DNA of 64,000 nt. Origin: Mobula hypostoma (lineage: Eukaryota). Positions 12,996-24,773 of the stretch are shown here, one piece after another. Under the pieces are notes generated by a model, which was given only the letters and a program-made list of their open reading frames with translations, was not told the DNA's origin and did no database searches. The DNA lies in contig NC_086097.1 of NCBI RefSeq assembly GCF_963921235.1, forward strand, positions 116,438,001 to 116,502,000. Reading direction: 5' to 3'. The position numbers and the translations under genes were made by a program. How positions within the stretch are numbered: the first letter of the stretch is position 1; every line of letters begins with the position of its first letter.

Positions 12996-13535
12996 AAGCT
13001 CAGTGGTCTCTTTATCAGGTACAAGAGTGGAATCCGGTGTGGTCTTCTCTACCGTAGCCCATCCACTTCAATGTTTGACATGCTGTGCTGTTCTGCACAC
13101 CACTGTTGTAATGTATTGTTACATATTTGAGTTACTGTTGCCTTTCTGTCAGTTTGTACCAGTCTGGCCATTCTCCTCCAACCTCTTTCATTAACAAGGC
13201 TTTTTTTCCCCAGAGAACATCCAATCTCAATGTATGTGTTTTTTTGTTTGTTTTTCGCACCATTCTCTGTAAACTCTGGAGACAGTTGTGGATGAAATTC
13301 CCAAGAGATTACTGGTTTCTGTGATACTCAAACCGACCTGTCTGGCACCAGGAATCTGTCCACAGTCAAAGTTATTTAGATCACATTTCTTCCCCATTCT
13401 GATGTTTGGTCTGAACGCCAACTACATCTCTTAACAATATTTGCATGCTTTTATGCATTGAGTTTCTAGCACATGATTGGCTGATTAGATATTTGCATTT
13501 TGAGCACGAGTACCTAATAAAGTGACCACTGAGTG
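12996..13535 (-). mobile_element. Non-autonomous Tc1 element with both TIRs and a transposase N-terminal remnant
   Basis: TIRs CTCAGTGGTCTCTTTATCAGGTAC / GTACCTAATAAAGTGACCACTGAGTG then TA; ORF MGKKCDLNNFDCGQIPGARQVGLSITETSNLLGISSTTVSRVYREW (Tc1 HTH). Confidence 0.92.
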
Positions 13536-13613
13536 TACCTCTCTAACGGCCTTATTGATAAGCACAGATTCTCAGAGAGAAAGATAGACGAGCATGTCTT
13601 AATGTTTCAGTTA

Positions 13614-14130
13614 TCTTCTTCTTCTTGGCCCTTGGCTCTCACAGGCCATCGATGACCTCCCATCTCCATCATCCTCTGTTCTGAATCTGTTTCTCGAGGG
13701 TGGACCAGGAGTGTCCCGATCATCTAATTTCAGCCTCAGTGTCACCCCTCCGTGTGTTCTTTGGATGTGCCCTTTTCCCCTTTCCTTGGGGATTCTATTT
13801 TAATGCCTGCCTGGTGATGCTGTCGGCTGGCTTCCACAAGGTGCGGCCAATCCACTTCCATTTCTGTTTGCGTATTCGTATCTCTATGGATTCCTGGTTG
13901 GTGTTTTCCCCACGGTGTCTGGTTGGTTACTTTGTCAGTCCATCTGATGTTTCGGTTGATGAAACCCTGCAGTTTTTGTAATGTCTTCTTTGTTGTCTCC
14001 AGGTTTCAGAACCATATAGGAGCACTGTTTTAACAAAGATTTTGGTTTTCCTTGATATGACTCTGGATGTTCACACTTTCTTCAAGATGTTGAAAACTAC
14101 TCTGGCCTTGTTGGTCCTGGCCACCACTTC
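13614..14130 (-). mobile_element. RTE-clade LINE 3' end
   Basis: Minus strand reads [42 protein letters not shown]; (GAA)n tail. Confidence 0.85.
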
Positions 14131-16249
14131 AGTCTGTGAGTTCTAGTATAACTAATGAAATCAATATTAGAATCACTGACTCGACCACACTTGAGCAGTC
14201 AGTGCCTGACAGGAGTAATTTTTTGAGGTACTGCTAATTACTTTGCTGCCCCAGTATCTCTAGCCTCAAATTCTCATTTTCATCCTAACTATCCTTTGAG
14301 GCGTCATAGACAGAGATTCCCAGGATCCATTTGGGATGTTAACACAAGAGACTGAAGATGCTGGATGTGGATGATGGAGTCAGTGGAGTTGTTAATCTTT
14401 TTCGAGGAAGTTTTGAGAACATCCCTGATTCTTTTCCACTGACAGCTTGGAGTTCAACGTAAAGTGCCTGGGTGAGAGTCTGGTGTCAGGAAATCATGTT
14501 GTACCCAACAAAGCTAATTGGTTGTAATATATAGCATTGATAGAAACAGATCATTTATTTATGATGCCATGTAACATTCTTGGTAGGTCATTGCTTTTGC
14601 TCATTTTTCATTTCTAAGACAACTGACAAGGAAGTTCTCCAGGCAACACATTAGGCTGGTGAACCGTCTGCCTGGAAATAAAAGCAGTTTGTGACTGCCA
14701 ACAAAAAAAAACAGGAGAACATTTGCTGAGCTCTAACAGCACATTCACTAGCCAGAAATTCATTTAGATGACAAACGAGAAGATTCTCATTTTCTCATTT
14801 TAAGAAAGATTGCGTTCTCCCAAGTACTTCTTTCCTGTTTCAGAACTTTGACTGACACAAACAGTAATTCATCACCAGTGAAACTTTCAACCAAAATGAC
14901 GCTTAGTATCTGATCCAAAAACAACCATCTTTTGTTAACCCTTCTTCCCCATGCAGTGAAGTAAATGTCAGGAGCTGGTCCTTTATGTCCAGTGGTCTAA
15001 CACCAAGCAGTGTCAGCATAGGAAGAGCCTGGTTAGTGTGAATTCTCCATGGTGTAATAAATACAGCTGACTTGAGTAATGTGGAAAGTAAATTTCACAT
15101 CTTCACGAGATATGTAAGGGTGAACTGCACACCATCACTTGTGCCACCATCCATTTCGGTAAGCAGATCAAGGACAGATTCGCTGATGTACTGTGATCAA
15201 TTCCCATGATCCTGCTGTCATGTTGGGGGTTGGCTTATTTGCTGGTCAAAAGACGCTTCTGCTGTGTCAGTCAATGATTGGCCCTTTTAAAGGATGCAGC
15301 CAGTCTTTCCTGTTGGTTACCTTGCATGCCACTGTACCAGTTTTCAGTTCTGGGAACCATGGGGTTTAAGAATAGAATGTACAAGAGACTTGATCTCTTT
15401 CCAATGTCTCCAGGGCCCAATCCATGCTGAAGTCACAACCAGTGGTCAAGACATTTGCAGACATAGACATGCCCCGCCCCCCCCCCCCCCCCACGTTTGT
15501 TTATGGTTAAGTATTAGTTTGGAGCATGCTTAGTTCTTCAGATTTATAACTTGGGAAGATTTGATGGAGTGTCTGTTAAGTTAAAGGGTGACTAAATGTA
15601 GTTCTATGTAGCTTAGGGTGGATTAGATGAGCATATGTTTAACTAGATGCTCAGATTAGTTTTCAGAATTCATTTAAAAATAGTTAATTTGCCCGTTCAC
15701 AATCTGTATCTTCTGTTTCACTCATTGGATCCTCGGACCTGCCTCCATGTTACACTTGCAAAGGGGTATGAGTGGGATTATCACATGTCAGCTGAGTTTC
15801 TTGACTGATTTTTAGTGAATTATGTTAGCAATAAAGTTTGGAGTATGGAGGGGAAAGCTTTGTCTGTATTGGAGACTGACTGAATGGATTCTGAATGAAA
15901 AGTATCTCCAGCAAGGAGTCCCTAACCTTCCATTAAAAAATACTTGCATCTTCTGCTGTGATGAGGCTGCCACTAGGATTTCTCCATTCGTCTCTAGCTA
16001 CTGTTCAGCATCAACTTGTCCCTCATGTTCCTCAGAATCCGAATCTGTTTCCTACTTCTATCCTGGCTTTTGCAGGTGCCTCCGGATTGCCAAATGTCAC
16101 AGCACACAGCAACTTCAATGAAATCTCCACAGAGGCAGGGCACGTATAGCAGTACACCTTACACTAATGTAGGCGGATAAAACTCAACATTCTTCACTAG
16201 TATCCTGGAGCTTATGTGGATTTGTTGAATCTTTGTTCAAAAAGCTTTT

Positions 16250-16800
16250 ATCCTTTGGGATCTAGATAGGCTGTTGAACTTCATTGGCATTTTGATCTCC
16301 CTGCAAATATACACCATTAAATGTGATTCCACATCATCAGGAAAGTCTGCACACTGAGAAAGTCTTGTCGACTGAAGAAAAAATACACGGAGGCCATTAA
16401 TGAGAGCCCTTCTGACACTGATGACAGTGAACTGCTGTACACACTCATTGGAAAATGACAATACTTGTAAACCCTATGAGTAAATTAAAGATGTTGTTTA
16501 ACTTCACTTCAGTTGGTGAAATAACTTTGACATTAATACTGTGTTAGGGTGATGTTTTTGATGCTATGGTGTGCAGCACATTGGAAAATGTGACAGAGGG
16601 TTGCAGCAACTGCTTGGAAAATTCCTGTGGAATTTTGACAAAATCAATCCTGTGGGAAGAAGTTTGAGCCTCTCCATGGAGGTCATTATCTAGGCACCAG
16701 AACATGGCAGAAGGCCTTCCTCTATCACATGTCACAGTGATGACAGCCTTGAAAATTACCAATCCTGCATATGCAGAGATGTTCAGGTTGGATGTTTGTC
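16250..16800 (-). mobile_element. Possible very ancient LINE RT remnant (RTE-like)
   Basis: Minus ORFs KQLLQPSVTFSNVL and STRLSQCADFPDD weakly resemble QGC and FADD motifs in the expected order. Confidence 0.25.
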
Positions 16801-17124
16801 TTTAAAGACTGCAGGAGGAGGCTCTTCATTGATTATCATGTCCTTGGCTCCTGTTCAAGGTCCCTGACTGATCCTTAGTGACCTGCCGTTGCTTCAACAA
16901 CATCTCTGCTAATGGAGTGCTGCCAACAGTAATTACTAAGGCTCCACTGAGTACAGGCTTCCATAGCTAAATGCCAGCGAAAGCAAAGCATGTTACCTAC
17001 AGCACAATGTTGGTGTTTGAAAGTGTCTGAGCAACTCACAGTCAGACCTGAACCCTCCCAGTCAAATAACCTGATACTAAAAGAAAGTCCTTTCAAATAC
17101 AGAAACAAAGTACATAATGTGCTC

Positions 17125-17700
17125 CATGATGTCCCAATGAAGAGCCCCAGCCCCAGACATCGACTGTTTATTCCTCTACACAGATGCTTCCTGACCTGCT
17201 GAGTTCCTTCAGCATTTGGTGTGTATTGTTCTGGATTTACAGCATCTGTAACCATATAACCATATAACAATTACAGCACGGAAACAGGCCATCTTGGCCT
17301 TTCTAGTCAGCGCCGAACGCTTACTCTCACCTAGTCCCACCAACCTGCACTCAGCCCATAACCCTCCATTCCATTCCTGTCCATATACCTATCCAATTTT
17401 TTTCTGTAAATGACAAAATCAAACCTGCCTCTTCCACTTCTACTGGAAGCTCATTCCACACAGCTACCACACTCTGAGTAAAGAAGTTCCCCCTCGTGTT
17501 ACCCCTAAACTTTTGCCCCTTAACTCTCAACTCATGTCCTCTTGTTTGAATCTCCCTCACTCTCAATGGAAAAAGCCTATCCACGTCAACTCTATCTACC
17601 CCCTCATAATTTTAAATACCTCTATCAAGTCCCCCCTCAACCTTCTACGCTCCAAAGAATAAAGAGCTAACTTGTTCAACCTTCTGTAGAATCTCTTGCA
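17125..17700 (+). mobile_element. PLE terminal repeat interrupted by a CR1
   Basis: GATGCTTCCTGACCTGCTGAGTTCCTTCAGCATTT...CAGCATCTGTA, then CR1, then GAATCTCTTG. Confidence 0.75.
17251..17682 (-). mobile_element. CR1 3' fragment with TSD TCTGTA
   Basis: DRLFPLRVREIQTRGHELRVKGQKFRGNTRGNFFTQ; ACCATATA tail; TCTGTA at 17245-17250 and 17683-17688. Confidence 0.9.
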
Positions 17701-19706
17701 TTTACAATGTGCTCCTAGTTATTTGAAATTGGACAAGGATGATCATATTTTGCACTCAAAAAGATCCAGTTCCTACTGGGACATGTTCAATGCCACTTCA
17801 TCTGGCCTGAATGATCATACCTCGGTTGCTACTCATTCCATCAAGTGATGCGTTGATGATTGGATTTCAACAGACAGTTGGAAGCCATCCTAACAAAAAA
17901 AACTTAGGTGAAGAAGGAATCTGCTTTCTGGTAACGTTTAGGTCTGACATTTTATTGGAAGATGTCCTGGTACTGTGCAACAAAGGTAACATGGGAACTG
18001 TGAGGCTATCAGGGGTGACAAGGGAGAGCAACAGAGCAGGCTAGAGGCTCAATTCAATCAGATAGATACCTGTCGACTGTGGCAGGATATGCAATTGCAG
18101 GAATCTCTCTGGATGAGCTATGCCCATTGTGAACAAACAAACCAAGTCCCACCCAGGTGCATACCACCATCTCCTTTTGGTTCTGTCCCTTACATCGCCA
18201 TGTCATTTGCAGAGATTCATCACGTCATCTAAAACTTTGATAAACTTCTATAGATGCACGTGGAGAGTATCCTGACTGGTTGCTTCATGGCCTGGTATGG
18301 AAGCACCAATACCTAGGAATGGCAATGGCTACAGAAAATGAGGGATACAGCCCAGTCCATCACAGACAGAGCCTTCGCCACCACTGGGCACATTTATAAG
18401 GAGCACTGCCACGAGAAAGCAGCATCCATCATTAACGACCCTCACCATCCAGACCATGCTTTCTTCTTGCTGCTGCCATTGGGAAGAAGGTCCCACACCA
18501 CCAGGTTCAGGACCTGCTCCTACCCAGCTACCATCAGGCCCCTGAACCTGCATGGATAACTTCACTCACCTCAGTGCTAAACTGATTCCACAAACTATAG
18601 ATTCACTTTCAAGATCTCCACAATTCATGCTCTCAGTATTATTTATTTACTTATTTGTTTGTTTACTGTATTTGTTTATTTATTATTATTAGATTTTTTT
18701 GCATTTATACTGTTTGTCTTCTTTTGCACATTGGTTGATGGCCAGTCTTTGTGTGTAGTTTTTCATTTATTCTATTGTATCTCTTTGTTCTACTGTAAAT
18801 GCCTGCAAGAAAATGAATCTCTGGTGAAAGCACAGAAGTAATGTGGAGGAAGTTTAGGGACCACTTGTGCTGGGTTCAGGATAGGTTTGTCCCACTGAGA
18901 CAAGGAAAAATGGTAGGAAAGGGGAACCATGGCTGATGAAACATGTGAGGCAACTCATCAAGAGGAAGAAGGAAGCATATGTTAGATATAAGAAGCAGGG
19001 AGCAGGAGGGACTCATGAGAAATATAGGGTAGCCAGGAAGGAGCTTAAGAAAGGACTTAGGAGAACTCGAAGGGGGCATGAGAAGGCCTTGGCACGTAGG
19101 ACTAAGGAGAACCCCAAGGCATTCTACGCGTATGTGAAGGACAGAAGGATGACAAGAATGAAGGTGGGGCCATTAATAAAGAAGGCAACATGTGTCTGGA
19201 GGTAGAGGAGGTTGGGGAGGTCCTAAATGAATTGAAAAGGACCTTGATCAGAGTGAGGTCAAAATAGGACAGGCCTGTGTGCTGGACAATGTGAAGATGA
19301 AGGAAGAAGAAGTGTTGGATCTTCTTAAAAACATCAAGATTGAAAAGTCCCCAGGGCCGGACGTGCTGTACCCCAGGTTGATGTGGGAAGTGAGAGAAGA
19401 GATCACTGGAGCAGTAACTATGATTTTTGAATACTCTTTAGTTTCAGGGGAGGTGCCAGAGGATTGGAGAATGGCAAATGTAGTTCCCTTGTTTAAAAAA
19501 GTAATAGGGAAAATCCTGGGGACTATAGACCGGTGAGTCTTATGTCAGTGGTCTGCAAACTATTGGAAAGGAATCTTAAGAATAGGATCTACGAGCACTT
19601 GGAGAAGTACAGTCTACTCAAGGATAGTCAACTTGGCTTTGTGAAGGGAATACTCACAATGCGCTGGAGGAACTCAGCAGGTCAGTCAGTATCAGTTGAA
19701 AAGATT

Positions 19707-19743
19707 AGTCGCCGTTTCGGGCCGAAACCCTTCATCAGGACTG
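19707..19743 (-). ncRNA. Minimal type-I hammerhead ribozyme motif, cleavage triplet mutated (GGC)
   Basis: Reverse complement: CAGTC CTGATGA AGGGTTTCGGCCC GAAA C GGC GACTA. Confidence 0.6.
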
Positions 19744-20156
19744 AAGGAAGAACTTTGGGGAGGGTTTGAAGAATGCTGGTAGTTGAAAAGAACAGTAATT
19801 TGAAAGACAAAGGGATGGGGGAGGGGAAGCAGGGAGGTGATCGGCAGGAGAACAATGCGCAGTAGTAGAGGAGGCGGAACTATGAGGGAGGTGATGTGAA
19901 ATAGGGATAGAGGAAGGGAGGGGGAGGGAATTACCGGAAATTGGAGAATTCTATGTTCATACCAAGGGGCTGGAGACTACCTAGACGGTATATGAGGTGT
20001 TGCTCCTCCAACCTGAATTTAGCCTCATCATGGTAGTAGAAGAGGCCATGTATGGACATATCTGAATGGGAATGGGAAGCAGAGTTGAAGTGGGTGGCTA
20101 CCGGGAGATCCTGTCTGTTGTGGCAGAGGGACAAACCATCCCCAAAGTTCTTCCTT

Positions 20157-20194
20157 CAGTCCTGATGAAGGGTTTTGGGCCAAAACGTCGACTA
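20157..20194 (+). ncRNA. Minimal type-I hammerhead ribozyme motif, GAAA mutated to AAAA
   Basis: CAGTC CTGATGA AGGGTTTTGGGCC AAAA C GTC GACTA. Confidence 0.55.
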
Positions 20195-21619
20195 ATCTTT
20201 TCAACTGATGCTGACTGACCTGCTGAGTTCCTCCAGCACATTGTGAGTGCTCCTTTGACAACAGCATCTGCAGATTATTTTGTGTTTGTGAAGGGAAGGT
20301 CGTCCCTCACGAGCCTAATTAAGTTTTTTGTAGAGGTAACAAAAGAAATTGATGAGGGTAGGGTGGTAGATGTGGTCTACATGGATTTTAGCAAAGCATT
20401 TGACAAGGTCCCCCGCGAGAGACTCATCCATAAAATCATGAGGCATGGGATCAGTGGATCCTTGGCTGTTTGGATAAAAAATTGGCTTATAGGAAGAAAG
20501 CAGGTAGTAGTGGAAGGAAAGTATTCTGCCTGGAGGTTGATGACTAGTGGAGTGCTGCTAGGATCTGTCCTGGGACCCCTGCTCTTTGTGATTTTTATAA
20601 ATGACCTGGATGAAGAGGCGGAAGGATGGATGAGTAAGTTTGTAGATGACACAAAGATTGGAGGAGTTGTGGATGGAGCTGTAGGTTGTCGAAGGTTACA
20701 AGAGGTTATAGACAGGATGCAGAGTTGGGCAGAAAAATGGCAGATGGAGCTCAATCCGGATAAGTGCGAGGTGATGCATTTTGGAAGGACAAACCAGAAG
20801 GCTGAGTACAGGGACAATGGTTGGTTACTTAGGAGTGTGGATGAACAGAGGGACCTTGGGGTTCAAGTCCATACATCCCTCAAGGTCGCTGCACAGGTTG
20901 ATAGGATAGTTAAGAAGGCCTATGGGGTGCTAGGCTTCATTAATAGGGGGATTGAATTCAAGAGTAGAGAGGTCATGTTGCAACTCTACAAATCTCTGGT
21001 GAGAGCACACTTAGAGTATTGTGTTCAGTGCTAGTCACCTCATTATAGGAAGGATATGGAAGCTATGGAGAGGATGCAGAGGAGATTTACCAGGATGTTG
21101 CCTGGATTGGAAAACAAGTCTTATGAGGCAAGGTTAGCAGAGCTGCGGCTTTTCTCTTTGGAGCGTAGAAGGATGAGAGGGGACTTGATAGAGGTCCACA
21201 AGATTATGAGAGGCATAGATAGGGTGGATAGCCAGTACCTGTTTCCCAGGGCACGAATAACAAACACCAGAGAGCATATGTACATAGTTAAGGGAGGGAA
21301 GTTTAGGGGAGACATCTGGGGTAAGTTTTTTACACAGAGCGTTGTGGGTGCCTGGAATGACTTGCCAGGGATGGTGGTAGAGGCTAAAACTTTAGGGGCA
21401 TTTAAGAGCCTCTTGGACAGACACATGGATAAAAGAAAAATAGAGGGTTACAGGGTAGTGTGGGTTTAGTTTTTTTTAAGGAATATATGGGTTGGCACAA
21501 CATCGAGGGCCGAAGGGTCTGTACTGTGTTGTAGTATTCTAGTGCCTAGTGTCTAGTGGTAAGTATATTGTGATACGTACTTAGATAATAAATTTACTTT
21601 GAAACTTTGAACTTTGATG

Positions 21620-22105
21620 AAGGTAAGCTTGCCGAAAGAAGCCAAAACAGATGGAGTCTCTGGCAGGTTCTGAAATTGTATGCCAAACAATGGGTCCCTG
21701 TCTTTGCTGATATCTCCATCTTCTCACTACAGCAGTCTATTTTCCCCACCTGCTTCAAGGAATCTTCTGTCATTCCAGTCCACAGAAAAAGTTGAGTCCT
21801 GTTGCAATGACCACCAGCTGTTTGCTGAAACATTCACAATAATGAAGTGCTTTGAGACATTGATAATAGCTCACATCAGTGTCAGCCTCCCAGACAATCC
21901 AGGCACCCTGCAATTTTGTGATCTGTGAAGAATGGCATCTCCCTTGTACTCCTAGTTCAGGAATAACTTGACAGTAAGAATGTTAATCACTGCTTGCAGC
22001 TCGATCTTTAATACTATAATACCTATTAGGTTCATTGCTAAACTAGTGATCTTTGGCCTTGGGGGCACCATTTGTAACTAGTTTCTAAACTTCCTGACCA
22101 GTTGA
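21620..22105 (+). mobile_element. Degenerate Rex1/Babar RT fragment
   Basis: VFADISIFSLQQSIFPTCFKESSVIPV; TIMKCFETLI. Confidence 0.75.
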
Positions 22106-22114
22106 CCTTGATGG

Positions 22115-22410
22115 TCATCCTGCAGAGGAACACCTGTGCAGGAGAGCTTTTACAGTGGAAATACCTTTGCACAGAGGCAGTATCACTCTCTCAACCTCAG
22201 AAACCATGATCCAGTGTTACAAGGAGTCGTCACAACCGAGGACTTCCTTGGTTGCAGTGGACAGCGATGGCACGATGTGTTCTTCATCATGTCCTCCGCT
22301 TATCTCAAAGCTTTGCAGAACTATCTTTCTGGCTGTTGGATCACTCTGTTGATCTCCTCTGCCCAGTCTGCCAAAGCTGGTTATAACAGCAGCATGACTG
22401 TTTGAGGAGT
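22115..22410 (-). repeat. RTE/Expander 5'-UTR-like repeat; related segment at about 23830-24240 on +
   Basis: Both share TGATCCAAC...GATGA..CACATC...CTGCA..A; 23913 has CTCCTGGTAGGGTCACC, typical of RTE 5' UTRs as recalled. Confidence 0.35.
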
Positions 22411-22484
22411 CACCTCTAGTCTTCACACAGCCATTTGTGCAAGGGTAAAACAGAGTTCGCAAAAGAGAAAACAAATCTTATTCC

Positions 22485-23800
22485 TGTGATGAGAGTCCTT
22501 GACAAGAAGGGTTTGGACCCAAATGCTGGAGTATCCGACGCAAGAATTGAGACATGGCATCAAACTGGATGGAGAACTGAGCACAAAACAAATGCTAGAC
22601 AATATCACTAGCAGGGCTCACAGTTGAGCACTGAGGCTCCATTCTGGTGCTCTGTCAATAACTCTTGGTGCCTAAAACATGATTGCAATGAGCGGGACAG
22701 TCCTGAATCCTTAAAGGGGCTATGCCAGCTATCCATACTCCGGAGAATAGGCACGTCTAAAACCTGGAAGCTGGCGCGGTTGGGGTGTCTCATAATAGGA
22801 ATCTCTCTCCTACGGAAAACTGCTAATGGCCCTGGCTGCGGGCAGAAATGGTGATGGTAATGGTGGATGAAAGCTGGATCCAAGATGTCTCTTTTAGCAC
22901 CCAGCACCTCTCCTCGGGTCCAAATCCCTTCCAGTTCACAAGGTACTGCCAAACACCCCGAACAGTCTGTGAGTCCAAAATTCTCACCGTGAAGACCTGT
23001 TCCTCATTAATTAACCTGGATAGTCATGAGTCTAAGTGGCTGGTGCTGTCAGGTTTTAATTTAGAGTTATAGAAGGTGGGATTGATCTACGGGGATTTGG
23101 GGAGAATCAAGGTGTAAGCCACCCGGTTTACTTTCTTGAGGATTTTGAAGGGTTCAATGACCTTGAGTGCCAACTTTCTAGATGCCACCCAGAGAGGAAA
23201 ATCCTGAGTGGTAACCAGACCTGCTGCCCAGGGTGCAAGGTGGATCCCTGTCTTCTCCTTCGATTAGCCTTGGTTTCTGCCCTCCAGTAAAACATCCTTG
23301 CCCTAGTCCACTTGGATGAGATCTTCGGCCACAGGAACCCCAGCCTCGGCCTCCTGCTCAGGCATGAATGGTGGAGAATACTCAAACTGGCACTCAAGCA
23401 ATGGGACACTGTGCGCCAAATGCTGTAAAGTGTTGTGGGTGACCTATGCCCACATGAAGTGGTTGTACCACTCATCAGGTCTTTCCGAGGCCAGGCATCT
23501 TAGGGCTTGTTCCAAACCTTGGTTGCCCCACTCTATCTGGCTGTTGGACAGCAGGTGCAAACCAGAGGAGAGACTTACTGTTGCCCCAATCAGTTTAGAA
23601 AATGCCCTCCAGGAACATGATGCAAACTGTGGACCATGATCTGTGACTATGTCCATTGGAAAATCATGGATTCTGAAGACCTGGTCCAGGAGAATTTCAG
23701 CTATCTCCACCACAGATGGTCATTTGTCCAAGGCAGTGGATCAGCAGGCCTTTGAAAACCGATCAACAATTGCCATGATGATGGTCTTCCCCTCAGAAGA
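22485..23800 (-). mobile_element. Gypsy chromovirus remnant: integrase, chromodomain, PPT and 3' LTR (22485-22797)
   Basis: VFRIHDFPMDIVTDHGPQFAS...SNSQIEWGNQGLEQALRC; chromodomain [35 protein letters not shown] ends TGTGATGAGA / TCTCATAATA. Confidence 0.9.
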
Positions 23801-24301
23801 CAGTGCAGTGTACACAATATCTTCTCTGAGGATTATCACCATGGTGGAGAGGTTTGTGAGTTCCTGAGATCCCAAGAGTGATGCTGTCTGGAGTTTAGCT
23901 ATCTGGCCTAACTCCTGGTAGGGTCACCAATGTTGGTACGGTCAAGAGGGAAGTTCTAGACAAAAAAAAATGATCCAACCAAGACCTCAGCAGTGGAGTT
24001 GGCTAAAGATGATGTCACATCACAACGGCAGTGAAAGCTGAGGAAGGCTGCAGCAGTGAAGATTCCTTAGTCCTCTTGCAGTCCATGCAACTGGACTTTG
24101 ACCCCGATCTGTCAAGGACCTTGAAGTGGCTGCCTTACCACATTAAAGAAAGTCACACACAGGCATTCTCCATTAAGGAAATACAACCTAAAATTCCAGA
24201 CAGATGAATACCACATCAGACTCTATGGCCACCTGAAGACCCACCAAGAGACAATCCCTTAGGAGAAAATCATACTTGACTTGAGTGATCGCACTACTTA
24301 C

Positions 24302-24313
24302 ATAATATGTATC
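24302..24313 (-). other. Candidate 12-nt microexon of an unidentified host gene
   Basis: Minus strand tctttcttaatcttctttccattgcag|GATACATATTAT|gtaagt in non-repeat DNA. Confidence 0.4.
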
Positions 24314-24544
24314 CTGCAATGGAAAGAAGATTAAGAAAGATTCCAAAATATTTTTATGTTCAGTGTAATGAGGATTCATTTGCCACTTCATTATATTTTA
24401 ATCATTTCACAAACTGCTTAAATTTCAAATTAATTACTTTTTGATATAATGACTCCATAGACAAAAATGGCATCCATTTGTACAGGGCAGAATCCCGCAA
24501 ATAATATTGAGTTGAATGCTCAGGTGATCTGCGTTGATGGTGTC

Positions 24545-24731
24545 AGCCCAGAATTAGGTTCAATATCACTGGCAAATATCATGAAATTTGTTGTCTTTGT
24601 AGCAGCAGAACAAAGCAATGCAGAATAATAGAGAAAAAATGTGAATTACAGTAAATAAATATATCTATCTGTCTATCTATATCTATATATATTTATATAC
24701 AGTGTATATAGATATATATATTTATGTGTGC

Positions 24732-24773
<42 letters not shown>

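Larger units (their letters stand above)
19651..20284 (-). mobile_element. Penelope-like element: 5'-truncated, inverted pseudo-LTRs, GIY-YIG C-terminus, 13-bp TSD
   Basis: ORF 19931..20134 DLPVATHFNSASHSHSDM...LEEQHLIYRLGSLQPLGMNIEFSNFR; inverted repeats 19651-19768 and 20132-20249; TSD TTTGTGAAGGGAA at 19638-19650 and 20285-20297. Confidence 0.93.
18822..21557 (+). mobile_element. CR1 LINE ORF2 pseudogene, interrupted by a PLE
   Basis: KENPKAFYAYVK, KSPGPD, YMDFSKAFDKVP, FVDDTKIGG, RAHLEYCVQ; tail of TCTAGTG-like repeats. Confidence 0.95.
18215..21617 (+). mobile_element. Rex1/Babar 3' fragment (18215-18821 and 21558-21617) split by a CR1
   Basis: KAASIINDPHHPDHAFFLLLPLGRR; 3' UTR CCTGCAAGAAAATGAATCTC resumes as GGTAAGTATA...ATAATAAATTTACTTTGAA. 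Confidence 0.85.

Noticed and set aside
15471..15492. Poly-C/G tract as a G-quadruplex element
   Set aside because: A simple homopolymer with no supporting context.
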